A stretch of 64,000 bases of DNA from Candidatus Omnitrophota bacterium. Its GTDB lineage: Bacteria; Omnitrophota; Omnitrophia; Omnitrophales; Aquincolibacteriaceae. This document shows positions 55,068-63,931 of the stretch, one piece after another. The stretch spans positions 29,388 to 93,387 of the forward strand of contig DAOSLF010000004.1 of the NCBI GenBank assembly GCA_035368605.1. Reading direction: 5' to 3'. Made by a program: the position numbers and the translations under genes. Under the pieces are notes generated by a model that worked only from the letters and a program-made list of their open reading frames with translations, did no database searches and was not told where the DNA came from. Positions within the stretch are counted from its first letter, which is position 1; every line of letters begins with the position of its first letter.

Positions 55068-56326
55068 ATCTCCTCTCCGCGGCCTTTCCCTTTATTTTTG
55101 AACACTGCCTTCGCATCCGCAAAAGGCTCGATCACCCGCTCGAGTACCCCCTGCAGACAAGAGATGCAAAGCCCGTAGTTTGTGATGGGCACGCCGGCCT
55201 GTTTCGCGCGCTGGATTCGGGCGAGCGTCTCCCGGCGCGTCAGCATACAGGACCCGCACTGGATGATGAGCTTGTAATCCCCGACATCCGGAGGAAAATC
55301 GCGACCCGCCGCGACGCGAACCGTCACGTCATGCCCGAGGTATTTCCGGAGCCAGGCCGGAATCTTGATCCGCCCGATATCCCCGTCAATCGCGTGATGA
55401 CTGCAGGATTCGGAGATCAGGACCTTGTCCCCCGGCCTCAGATTCTTGATCGCCAGCGCGCCACGGGTCATTTCCACGATATCCCCTTTGAGGCGGGAGA
55501 AGAGGATCGAGAATGTCGTGCATTTGACTTCCGCCGGCGTTTCGGCGACCATCCGGTCCACTACCTGGGAATCGCAGACAACAAGGTCCGGCACTGATTT
55601 CAGACGCGCAAGCGCCGCCTTGTATTCACTTTCCCGCACCACGAGGGTCATGGAACCGTGGTCCAGCGCGTCCCGGATCGCCTGCACCTGCGGCAGGATG
55701 ATGCGTCCCTTGGGCGCCTCAAAATCGATCGGGATAATCAGTACCGCGAGCCCCCCGCGTGGCATGATGTCCCCAAGGAGCGCGGGCGTCGCCAGATAAT
55801 CCTCCGGACAGACCTCAAGGAGATACTGCTTCAGAAGATTCACCGGAGCTTCACGGACGGCCCGGTCCGTGCTCGCGCAAATCATCACGCGCGGCGTCTT
55901 CGCGCGCAGCTTATCAAGGAACGCCGGAGACGGCCGCCGGACGTCGCATTTATTCACCACGAGGATCAGCGGACTTTTCCGGACCTCCGCCTCCCGGACC
56001 ACTTCGTCTTCATAAGGCGTCCACTCATCCGCTGCCAGGATGAGGATCGAAACATCCGAGCGATCGAACACCCTCCGCGTCCGATCGATACGCCTCGCCC
56101 CCAGCTCCGACCCGTCATCGATCCCGCCGGTATCAAGGAACACCACGGGACCGACCGGGGGAAGTTCCATGGCCTTTTCGACCACATCGGTCGTCGTGCC
56201 CGGCACGGGTGACGTGATCGCAACCTCCTGTCCCGCAACCATATTGAGGAAGCTCGATTTCCCAACATTGGTGCGGCCGAAAATCCCGATCTGAAGCCTC
56301 AGACTTTTAGGCGCGGTATGCATCAA
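55061..56326 (-). CDS. hydF: [FeFe]-hydrogenase maturation GTPase HydF.
   Basis: 421 aa. N-terminal GTPase G1 GIFGRTNVGKSS, and G3/G4 motifs. C-terminal Cys-containing cluster-binding domain (CGSC...). Confidence 0.85.
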   Translation of the reverse strand: MMHTAPKSLRLQIGIFGRTNVGKSSFLNMVAGQEVAITSPVPGTTTDVVEKAMELPPVGPVVFLDTGGIDDGSELGARRIDRTRRVFDRSDVSILILAADEWTPYEDEVVREAEVRKSPLILVVNKCDVRRPSPAFLDKLRAKTPRVMICASTDRAVREAPVNLLKQYLLEVCPEDYLATPALLGDIMPRGGLAVLIIPIDFEAPKGRIILPQVQAIRDALDHGSMTLVVRESEYKAALARLKSVPDLVVCDSQVVDRMVAETPAEVKCTTFSILFSRLKGDIVEMTRGALAIKNLRPGDKVLISESCSHHAIDGDIGRIKIPAWLRKYLGHDVTVRVAAGRDFPPDVGDYKLIIQCGSCMLTRRETLARIQRAKQAGVPITNYGLCISCLQGVLERVIEPFADAKAVFKNKGKGRGEEIC

Positions 56327-56411
56327 TCCCTCGCATGTTCGGATCCCGGAGTTCCGTGTTCAGAGAAACGTCTTGGGGTTTTTCTCCAGGCTCCGGACTC
56401 ATAACTCCAGA

Positions 56412-56660
56412 CTATTGTTTTGTTAACGCCGATTTTACCGAAATACCTTCGACCGCGCCGAGCTTCCCGGTCAGCGCGCCAAGCTCATCCGTCGTCATAT
56501 CCACCACAAGCGTGATGACCGAAACGTTCTTTTCATGATATGGGATGCCAACCCGCGCTACGATATGTTCTCCGTATTCCGCAAGAACACGATTCACCTT
56601 GTCCGCCGATTTTCTGCGATCCTCCACGACGATCCCGACAAATCCGACGCGTTTCTGCAT
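56412..56660 (-). CDS. TM1266-family putative iron-only hydrogenase system regulator (small ACT/NikR-like).
   Basis: About 82 aa, MQKRVGFVGIVVEDRRKSADKVNRVLAEYGEHIVARVGIPYHEKNVSVITLVVDMTTDELGALTGKLGAVEGISVKSA. The start ATG is preceded by GGGAGG. It sits between hydA and hydF, as TM1266-family genes typically do. Confidence 0.65.
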   Translation of the reverse strand: MQKRVGFVGIVVEDRRKSADKVNRVLAEYGEHIVARVGIPYHEKNVSVITLVVDMTTDELGALTGKLGAVEGISVKSALTKQ

Positions 56661-56689
56661 GACCAGCCTCCCTGTGGTTGAAAAACAAA

Positions 56690-56745
56690 AACCCCGTAAC
56701 CATCTCACCTGAGACCGTTACGGGGTTTTAAAAAATCTCTTCCCC
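56690..56745 (-). terminator. Rho-independent terminator downstream of hydA.
   Basis: Perfect 13-bp inverted repeat AAAACCCCGTAAC...GTTACGGGGTTTT with a 16-nt loop. On the minus strand it is followed by UUUUGUUUUUC. It lies about 60 nt after the hydA stop, and the regulator's RBS lies just beyond. Confidence 0.7.
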
Positions 56746-56804
56746 CTCGGTGTCCGCCCCATTTCGGGGCTTCGCCTCAGGAAACTTGCGCTTGTGTTTT
56801 GCTG

Positions 56805-58556
56805 CTAACGCCGGTAAACCGGCAACGGCTGATATTTCGTATGGAGCAGACGATGCGATTTCTCGCCGAGCGGCTTGCCGAGGAACTCCTTGTAGAGCTG
56901 CTGGACATAGGGGTTTTCGTGCGAGCAACGGATCGTCAACGCTTCATCTTCCGAATACAACCCTTTCGAACGGGCGACGCGGAGTTCATCCGTCACGCCG
57001 TAGGGCTGGCCTCCGCCGCCAACGCAACCGCCCGGACACGCCATCACCTCCACAAAATGGTACGGGGGCGGCTTCCCTTCCTTCCGGGCAGTCCGGATCT
57101 GGTTCAGAACATACTCGACGTTCGCGAGGCCGTGCGCCACGGCAATCCTCACTTCCGTCCCTTCGATATTGATCGAGGTCTCCTTGACCTCCTTGAGACC
57201 GCGGACATTCTCGAACTCGACCTTCGGGAGCTTCTTGCCGGTCACAAACGAATAGGCCGTACGCAGCGCCGCTTCCATCACGCCACCCGTCGCGCCGAAA
57301 ATCGTCCCGGCACCGGAATAATCTCCGAGTATATGGTCGCATTCCTCTTCCGGCAAATTCACGAAATCGATCCCTGCCTGCTTGACCATGCGGGCCATCT
57401 CGCGGGTCGTCAGCACCACGTCGACGTCCTGATAACCCGACGCCGACATTTCGCGGCTCCGTGAAATCTCGAATTTCTTCGCCGTGCATGGCATGATAGA
57501 GATCACCTTGATCTTCGCCGGGTCCAGCTTTTTCTTTTCCGCGTAATAGGTCTTCACGAGAGCCCCCACCATTTCATGCGGCGACTTGGCAGAAGAAAAG
57601 TACGGGATCATGTCCGAGTGGAACTTTTCCATGAAATCCACCCAGGACGGGCAGCAGGTTGTGATTAGGGGAAGCGGACCTTTTTTATGGGCAAAACGTT
57701 CGACAAACTCGCTCGCCTCTTCCATGATTGTGACATCGGCGCCGAAATTTGTGTCAAAGATGGCCTTAAAACCCATACGCCGGAGCGCAGCGTACATCTT
57801 CTTTGTCACGTTGGAACCGAGCGGATATCCGAAGGCTTCGCCGAGCGCGACACGGGTCGCGGGAGCGATCTGGACCACACAATACTGTTCGGGGTCCCGT
57901 AGCGCTTTCCACGCGAGCTTTGTATCATCCTGTTCGACGATGGCACCCGTGGGACAATGGGCCGAACATTGGCCGCAGCGCACACACGGCGATTCCGCGA
58001 GGCTGATATCTCCCGCCGGCGCCATCCGTGTGTTGAAACCGCGATGCAAAAAGGTCAGGGCCCAGACGTCCTGGGTGTTCTGACAGACATCGACGCAACG
58101 GGCGCATTTGATACATTTGCGGGGATCAAGCACAATATTGCCGGTTGATTTATCCTGCGGAATATCCGGCACGATCTTCTCGAAAAATTCCTCACGGATC
58201 GCGAAATCCGCAACCACAGATTGAAGCTCGCAATTATTGTTCCGGCCGCAAGTCAGGCATTCGTTCGGATGGTTGGAGAGGATCAACTCGATCACGGTTC
58301 GGCGAATCTCAAATATCTCGGGATCATGCGTGATGATATCCATCTTGTCTTCCAGGGGCGTGCAACAGGCCCGAAGCATCTTCTTGGAGCCTTTGACCCG
58401 GACCATGCAGATACCGCAAGCGCCGGAGGCGTGAAGGTAGGCGTCCGGATGTTTACAGAGGGTCGGAATCTTGATCTGGACCTTCCGCGCCGCGTCGAGG
58501 ATGCTCGTCCCCGCCGGCACTTCCACACTAATTCCATCAATGACCGCTTTGACCAT
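56805..58556 (-). CDS. hydA: [FeFe]-hydrogenase catalytic subunit (NuoG-like N-terminus plus H-cluster domain).
   Basis: N-terminal 2Fe-2S ferredoxin domain and 4Fe-4S clusters (CIKCARCVDVC, CVRCGQCSAHCP). H-cluster motifs L1 TTCCPSW, L2 MPCTAKKFE and L3 EVMACPGGCVGGGGQP. The start MVKAVIDG is preceded by AAGGAGAG. The track ORF extends 26 codons upstream. Confidence 0.9.
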   Translation of the reverse strand: MVKAVIDGISVEVPAGTSILDAARKVQIKIPTLCKHPDAYLHASGACGICMVRVKGSKKMLRACCTPLEDKMDIITHDPEIFEIRRTVIELILSNHPNECLTCGRNNNCELQSVVADFAIREEFFEKIVPDIPQDKSTGNIVLDPRKCIKCARCVDVCQNTQDVWALTFLHRGFNTRMAPAGDISLAESPCVRCGQCSAHCPTGAIVEQDDTKLAWKALRDPEQYCVVQIAPATRVALGEAFGYPLGSNVTKKMYAALRRMGFKAIFDTNFGADVTIMEEASEFVERFAHKKGPLPLITTCCPSWVDFMEKFHSDMIPYFSSAKSPHEMVGALVKTYYAEKKKLDPAKIKVISIMPCTAKKFEISRSREMSASGYQDVDVVLTTREMARMVKQAGIDFVNLPEEECDHILGDYSGAGTIFGATGGVMEAALRTAYSFVTGKKLPKVEFENVRGLKEVKETSINIEGTEVRIAVAHGLANVEYVLNQIRTARKEGKPPPYHFVEVMACPGGCVGGGGQPYGVTDELRVARSKGLYSEDEALTIRCSHENPYVQQLYKEFLGKPLGEKSHRLLHTKYQPLPVYRR

Positions 58557-58573
58557 AACTCTCTCCTTAAGCA

Positions 58574-60310
58574 TTATTGACGAAGGACTGCCGCAGGCTT
58601 GCAAACCTCGAAACACTGGCCGCAGCGAATACATTTCTCTTGATCGATCACATATCCCTTTTCACGGTTGCCCGAGATCGCGCCCACGGGACACGCCTTG
58701 AAGCACATCCCGCATTTCACGCATTTATCCTGACGGATCAGGAAACTGAGAAGCTTGCTGCATTTGCAGGCGGGACATTTCTTGTCGTTCACGTGCGCGT
58801 CATATTCGGCGCGGTAATAATTCAGGGTCGAAAGCACGGGATTCGGCGCCGTCTGTCCCAAACCGCAGAGCGAGGCCTTCTGCATCGCGCGGGAAATCAT
58901 CGCGAGCTGTTCAAGGTCCTTCGGAACCCCCCGCCCTTCCGATATCTTTTCGAGAAGACGGAGCATTTGCGTTCCTCCGATCCGGCAGGGCGCACATTTG
59001 CCGCAGGATTCGTCCACGCAAAATCCGAGATAAAATTTGGCGATATCGATCATGCAGTCGTCTTCATCCATAACGATCATGCCGCCCGACCCCATGATGG
59101 ACCCCATCTTCTGGAGGCTCTCATAATCAACCCTGGTCTGGAAATAGTCTTTGGGGATCACACCGCCCGACGGACCGCCGGTCTGGATCGCCTTGACGCT
59201 TTTTCCGCTCATGGCACCCCCCGAAATCCCGTAGACGATATCCTCGATCGTGGTTCCCATCGGGACTTCCACGAGACCTGACCTTTTCACCTTTCCGGTC
59301 ACGGCAAACACTTTGGTCCCTTTGGAGGTCTCGGTGCCGATCTTTGAGAACCACTCCCCGCCTTTAAAAAGGATCACGGGGATATTCGCGAGTGTTTCGA
59401 CGTTATTGATGCAGGTCGGTTTTCCCCAAAGCCCTTTCACGGACGGGAACGGGGGTCTCGGACTGGGATAACCCCGTTTTCCCTCGATGGAGGCGAGCAA
59501 AGCGGTTTCTTCACCGCAAACAAACGCACCCGCACCGAGACGGATCTCGACATCAAAGCTGAATTGGGAACCCAGGATATTCGAGCCGAGCAACCCGTTG
59601 TCATGACACTGTTTGATGGCTTTCTCGATCCTCTCGATCGCAAGCGGGTACTCCGCGCGGATATAAAAGAACCCCTTCGACGCTCCTATCGCATAACCGC
59701 CGATGGCCATTCCCTCGATCACGGAGTGCGGATCGCCTTCGAGGACGCTGCGATCCATATAAGCTCCCGGATCGCCTTCGTCACCGTTACAAATGATATA
59801 TCGCTGATCCCCCGCACTCTTGCGGGTAAACTCCCACTTCATGCCGGTCGGGAAGCCCGCGCCGCCGCGGCCCCGCAGACCACTCGTTTTCATTTCCTGA
59901 ATGACCTGTTCGGGCGTCAGTTCAGTCAGACAACGCGCCAGGGCATGATAGCCATCGTGAGCGATGTAATCCTCGATCTTCTCCGGATCGATCACACCAC
60001 AGTTACGGAGCACGATACGCATCTGGGTGGAAGCTTGTTTGGTAAGCCTGGGCTGATAAGGCTGCCCGGTCTTGATGCTCTCCACAATGCCCGCAATATC
60101 CGATTCCCCGACTTGCGTGTAGAGATGATTGTCCGGAAGGACGCGCACCGCGATCCCCGCGGAATAAATACCCATGTCCGCCAAACGGACAAGCTGGATC
60201 GTCGTGTCCAGCCCTTTTTCCCTCAGAACGCCCAAGAACAACCCGTAAAAATCGCGCGTCCTGTCCTTGCCGGTGATCGCTGTATCCTTGATAAAAACTG
60301 TCTTAGCCAT
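58574..60310 (-). CDS. hydB: NuoF-like NADH-binding flavoprotein subunit of the bifurcating hydrogenase.
   Basis: 578 aa. NADH/FMN-binding core (GRGGAGFPTG). NuoF 4Fe-4S motif CGKCAPCRIGG. Two C-terminal ferredoxin-type CxxCxxCxxxCP motifs. Confidence 0.9.
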   Translation of the reverse strand: MAKTVFIKDTAITGKDRTRDFYGLFLGVLREKGLDTTIQLVRLADMGIYSAGIAVRVLPDNHLYTQVGESDIAGIVESIKTGQPYQPRLTKQASTQMRIVLRNCGVIDPEKIEDYIAHDGYHALARCLTELTPEQVIQEMKTSGLRGRGGAGFPTGMKWEFTRKSAGDQRYIICNGDEGDPGAYMDRSVLEGDPHSVIEGMAIGGYAIGASKGFFYIRAEYPLAIERIEKAIKQCHDNGLLGSNILGSQFSFDVEIRLGAGAFVCGEETALLASIEGKRGYPSPRPPFPSVKGLWGKPTCINNVETLANIPVILFKGGEWFSKIGTETSKGTKVFAVTGKVKRSGLVEVPMGTTIEDIVYGISGGAMSGKSVKAIQTGGPSGGVIPKDYFQTRVDYESLQKMGSIMGSGGMIVMDEDDCMIDIAKFYLGFCVDESCGKCAPCRIGGTQMLRLLEKISEGRGVPKDLEQLAMISRAMQKASLCGLGQTAPNPVLSTLNYYRAEYDAHVNDKKCPACKCSKLLSFLIRQDKCVKCGMCFKACPVGAISGNREKGYVIDQEKCIRCGQCFEVCKPAAVLRQ

Positions 60311-60324
60311 ATCCGCTCCGCTTC

Positions 60325-60675
60325 CTAATTGACTTTCACATCATAAATACGGTCATTGACAAGAAGATTCCCGCACACATGTTTTTCCATAATCTCGATC
60401 GCCGTCTCACGGTCGACCTTTCCGTAGAAGACCCGCGGCAAACCCTTAACATTCACTTCCACAAGAGGCTCCGCGGAGCACATTCCGACACAGCCACACT
60501 TTTTGATCTCGATCTCCGCATTATTCTTCCTGGCTTCATCACAGAGGACATCGTAGACTTTTTGCGCCCCGGCCGCGATCCCGCAGGTGCTGAACCCGAC
60601 CTTGATCCAGTTCTTCTCGGACGCGGCGTACTTTGCTTTCAGGCTATGAAGATCGTTCTTGGTCAATTTCGCCAT
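60325..60675 (-). CDS. Thioredoxin-like [2Fe-2S] ferredoxin.
   Basis: 116 aa. Cys pattern STCG...C...CGCVGMCSAEP is typical of the NuoE/thioredoxin-like 2Fe-2S domain. It sits between hydC and hydB. Confidence 0.7.
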   Translation of the reverse strand: MAKLTKNDLHSLKAKYAASEKNWIKVGFSTCGIAAGAQKVYDVLCDEARKNNAEIEIKKCGCVGMCSAEPLVEVNVKGLPRVFYGKVDRETAIEIMEKHVCGNLLVNDRIYDVKVN

Positions 60676-60693
60676 ATTCGTTTTCTCCCCCGC

Positions 60694-61185
60694 TCAAGCC
60701 GCGGCTTTCGCTTCGGCTTCTTTGGAATAATGCGCGATGATTCCGCTGATGTCTTTTTTCTTCACGCCGCCGTACACCTTGTCGCCGATCTTCACAACCG
60801 GCGCCAGGCCGCAACAGCCAAGACAACGGACCACCTCGAGATAAAACTGCCCGTCCTTCGTCGATTCGCCGGGTTTCACGCACAAAAGATGTTCAAGCTC
60901 CCCTAAAAGTTCCGGACCGCCTTTGAGATAGCAAGCCGTTCCCATGCAGACCGAAACGGTATGTTTGCCGGGAGGCGTCAGGCGGAAGAAATGATAGAAC
61001 GTAATGACCTCATAGATACGGGCGAGCGGGACATTGAGAATCTCGGAAAGCACGAGCGAAACATTCCTCGGCACGTAACCGTAACGGTTCTGAATCTGGT
61101 GGAGCACCATGATCAGATTGCCGTCCTTGCCCTTCCAGGAATCCGCGATCTGCCTGACCTCTTGTTCAAGAGCTGCTTTTTCCAT
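60694..61185 (-). CDS. hydC: NuoE-like [2Fe-2S] subunit of the bifurcating hydrogenase.
   Basis: 163 aa. NuoE signature CMGTACYLKG...CLGCCGLAPV. Confidence 0.85.
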   Translation of the reverse strand: MEKAALEQEVRQIADSWKGKDGNLIMVLHQIQNRYGYVPRNVSLVLSEILNVPLARIYEVITFYHFFRLTPPGKHTVSVCMGTACYLKGGPELLGELEHLLCVKPGESTKDGQFYLEVVRCLGCCGLAPVVKIGDKVYGGVKKKDISGIIAHYSKEAEAKAAA

Positions 61186-61202
61186 ATTAAAATTCCCCCG
61201 AA

Positions 61203-61820
61203 TTATTTCTGCGTGTTACAAAAAAGCGACAAGAACTCGATCGTAAAATCGATGTTCTTCACCTGCACCTTGACCGGCACACTGACCGGGCAGGGCGCGA
61301 AGTTAACAATCTTCTGCAGCCCCGAAAGCACCATATAATCCGCGGCTTCCTGGGCGCGCTCTTTGGGGACCGCGATGATACCGATATCCCCATGCAACCG
61401 TTTGATGATCTCGGGCGCGCGGTCTACCGGATAGACCTTCACGCCGCAAATCCGCTTCCCTGTCTTTTCGCGCGACACATCGAAAGCCGCAACAAGCTTG
61501 ATCTTGTTCTGATGAAAACCCGGATACTGCAAGATCGCGGAACCGAGGTTCCCGACCCCGAAAAGCACGAGACGGACCGTGATATCCTGAAGGAGATAAT
61601 TCTGAAGCGTCTTCTTCAGTTCGGCAGTCCGGTACCCGATCCGGGGTTTCCCGACGCTTTTAAAATTCGAAATGTCCTTGCGGATCTGCACGTCCGAAAG
61701 CCCCGTGATCTCCGCAAGCTGTTTGGAGGAAACAAGAAAACGCTTCTCCTTCGCCAGGGTCTCGAGGGTCCGTATGTACAAGAGCACTCTCGTGATCGTC
61801 TTCCGGGGAATTTTTTTCAT
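61203..61820 (-). CDS. rex: Redox-sensing transcriptional repressor Rex.
   Basis: N-terminus MKKIPRKTITRVLLYIRTLE is the Rex winged-helix region. Rossmann NADH-binding region LVLFGVGNLGSAIL. The track ORF begins at a TTG 31 codons upstream. It lies only 17 nt upstream of hydC. Confidence 0.85.
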   Translation of the reverse strand: MKKIPRKTITRVLLYIRTLETLAKEKRFLVSSKQLAEITGLSDVQIRKDISNFKSVGKPRIGYRTAELKKTLQNYLLQDITVRLVLFGVGNLGSAILQYPGFHQNKIKLVAAFDVSREKTGKRICGVKVYPVDRAPEIIKRLHGDIGIIAVPKERAQEAADYMVLSGLQKIVNFAPCPVSVPVKVQVKNIDFTIEFLSLFCNTQK

Positions 61821-61829
61821 TTCGAATAT

Positions 61830-61847
61830 TGTGAAAATTGGAACAAT
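61830..61847. promoter_or_regulatory. Candidate Rex operator immediately upstream of rex.
   Basis: TTGTGAAAATTGGAACAA, against the Rex consensus TTGTGAA-N4-TTCACAA. The left half matches 7/7 and the right half 4/7, in palindromic geometry. It lies about 10 nt upstream of the rex ATG. Confidence 0.35.
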
Positions 61848-61945
61848 TGGGATTATACGAATTCGAACCGGAAAGGCAAGGGCGATTTGATCCCGGATTC
61901 TTCTTTCGGCCAACCTCGATTAACGGCAGGAGCGACAAGGCCTTA

Positions 61946-62398
61946 TTACTCGCCGATATCCTCGTCCCAAAGACGCGGCGTTTCCGCGATAAAATCCCGC
62001 ATGATCTTTTTGCATTCGGGGAGATCAAGGTTGATAAGTTTGACGCCGCGTTTCCTTGCACAGGTTTCGGGGCCGCGGAAGGTTTCATTTTCACCGATCA
62101 CAACGACCGGAATCTTATAGAGAAGAATGGCGCCGGTGCACATGTCGCAGGGGGAAAGCGTGGAATAGATCACGCATTTTTTGTAATCCTTCGCGCTGAG
62201 CCGGCCCGCATTTTCCAGACAATCCGTTTCAGCATGGAGAATGGCCGAATCCTTCTGGACCCTCCGGTTGTGTCCCCTGCCGATGATCTTTCCCTCTTGC
62301 ACGAGCACGGCACCGATCGGGATACCCCCTTCGGCGTAGCCCTTGAGAGCCTCCTTGACCGCCTCTTTCATGAACTTCAGATGCTCGCTTTGCGTCAT
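61946..62398 (-). CDS. CMP/dCMP-type zinc deaminase (TadA/guanine-deaminase-like nucleoside deaminase).
   Basis: About 150 aa from MTQSEHLKFMKEAV. Zinc-binding HAE...PCDMC motifs. The track ORF extends 51 codons upstream. Confidence 0.75.
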   Translation of the reverse strand: MTQSEHLKFMKEAVKEALKGYAEGGIPIGAVLVQEGKIIGRGHNRRVQKDSAILHAETDCLENAGRLSAKDYKKCVIYSTLSPCDMCTGAILLYKIPVVVIGENETFRGPETCARKRGVKLINLDLPECKKIMRDFIAETPRLWDEDIGE

Positions 62399-62424
62399 GA
62401 GTCTTTCCTTCCGGTCCGGGGCTT

Positions 62425-63849
62425 TTAAAACTTCAGGAATTCCATCCGGTAATTCGCCTGGGGCTCGCGCGCCGAAGGACCCGCCACAAGAATGGCGTTT
62501 CCTCCGTCCGGAATTTCTTTCTTCAACCACGCCGTGGCGCATGAAGCCCAACTTTCGGGTTCTTCCGGAATCTCGACGGGATACACCCCGTAGGAGAAAA
62601 GGAGCCCGCTCCCGACGGCCCCACCCGAACCCGCCGCCACGATCCAGGCCGGCGGTTTGAACCGCGAGATCATCCGTACCGTAGCTCCCGAGCGGAACGG
62701 AACGAAAACAGCTTTCACCGAAATGGTTTGAAGGGCATGTTCCACCACGAGTGATTCGGCTTCCCCCGGCGAATCGATGACATCCTGTTCGCAGAGCTCA
62801 TGGATCGCCTTCAGCGTGACCCTCGGGCGGTTCGCCTCCGTGAATGCCGCGATCCTCGCAAGCATCCGAACAGCCTCTTCGGGGAAGAGTCCCATCGCCG
62901 ATTCCGCGGAAAGCATCACGGCGTCGGTTCCGTCGATGATCGCGTTGGCGACATCGGTGGCCTCGGCACGCGTCGGGAGCCTGCTTGAGGTCATCGATTC
63001 GAGCATCTGCGTCGCGACGATCACGGGTTTCCCCGCGAGGTTCGCACGCGCGATCATTTTTTTCTGCGTGATCGCAATCTCTTCGATCGGCACTTCGACG
63101 CCGAGGTCCCCGCGCGCGACCATGATCCCGTCCGCGGCCCTCAGGATTCCGTCGAGATGAGCAAGGGCGCCCGCTCGCTCGATCTTCGCAACAATGAAAG
63201 GTCTTTGTCCCATCCCGGCTGCGGCCTCCCGCACCCTTTCAATATCCTCCGCCGTCTCGACAAAGGACTGGCTCACGGCATCCACGCCGTTCTTGAGCGC
63301 GAATTCAAGGCATTCCCTGTCGCGTTCCGTGAACGCGCTGATTCCGAGATCAATCCCCGGAAGGTTCAGTCCTTTTTTCGACCGGAGTTCCCCTCCCACC
63401 AGGACCCTGCAACTAACGTCCTTTCCCGAAATACTTTCAACGGCCAGCTGGACAAGGCCGTCATTGAGAAAAAGTTTATCACCTGTTTTCACGACTTTGG
63501 GGAGAGGCTCAAAGCTCATGGACACGCGCTGTCCGTTGCCCGTCACCGCCTCGGACGTCAGCGTGAACAGGTCACCGGCTTTCAGAACGATGGGTTCGGG
63601 GCTGATCTTTCCGAGGCGCATTTTGGGGCCAGAAAGATCCGCCATGATCGCGACCTTCCGGCCGGTTGTCTTTTCGGCGGCGCGAATGCGCTGGATGACC
63701 GCGGCATGCGCGGCGAATTCCCCGTGAGAAAAGTTAAGGCGAGCGACATTCATGCCGGCGAGGATCAGCCGTTCGATCATCTCCTGTGACTCGGACGCGG
63801 GACCAATCGTCACGACAATCTTGGTTTTGTGGTCGGGCAATACCGTCAT
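62425..63849 (-). CDS. pyk: Pyruvate kinase.
   Basis: N-terminus MTVLPDHKTKIVVTIGPAS...RLNFSHG. Catalytic barrel with conserved K/E/MVARGDLG. C-terminal regulatory domain. The start is taken at codon 23 of the track ORF. Confidence 0.9.
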   Translation of the reverse strand: MTVLPDHKTKIVVTIGPASESQEMIERLILAGMNVARLNFSHGEFAAHAAVIQRIRAAEKTTGRKVAIMADLSGPKMRLGKISPEPIVLKAGDLFTLTSEAVTGNGQRVSMSFEPLPKVVKTGDKLFLNDGLVQLAVESISGKDVSCRVLVGGELRSKKGLNLPGIDLGISAFTERDRECLEFALKNGVDAVSQSFVETAEDIERVREAAAGMGQRPFIVAKIERAGALAHLDGILRAADGIMVARGDLGVEVPIEEIAITQKKMIARANLAGKPVIVATQMLESMTSSRLPTRAEATDVANAIIDGTDAVMLSAESAMGLFPEEAVRMLARIAAFTEANRPRVTLKAIHELCEQDVIDSPGEAESLVVEHALQTISVKAVFVPFRSGATVRMISRFKPPAWIVAAGSGGAVGSGLLFSYGVYPVEIPEEPESWASCATAWLKKEIPDGGNAILVAGPSAREPQANYRMEFLKF

Positions 63850-63931
63850 GTCTTCACCTTTTGGGTTAAAAGCGCAAGGCCCGGGAAGTCCCTTGAGCCG
63901 GCTCACACAGGGCAAGCCATTATGTATCCTT

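Noticed and set aside
61186-61202. Independent promoter or Rex box between rex and hydC.
   Set aside because: Only 17 nt separate the genes, and there is no Rex-like palindrome. hydC is most likely co-transcribed with rex.
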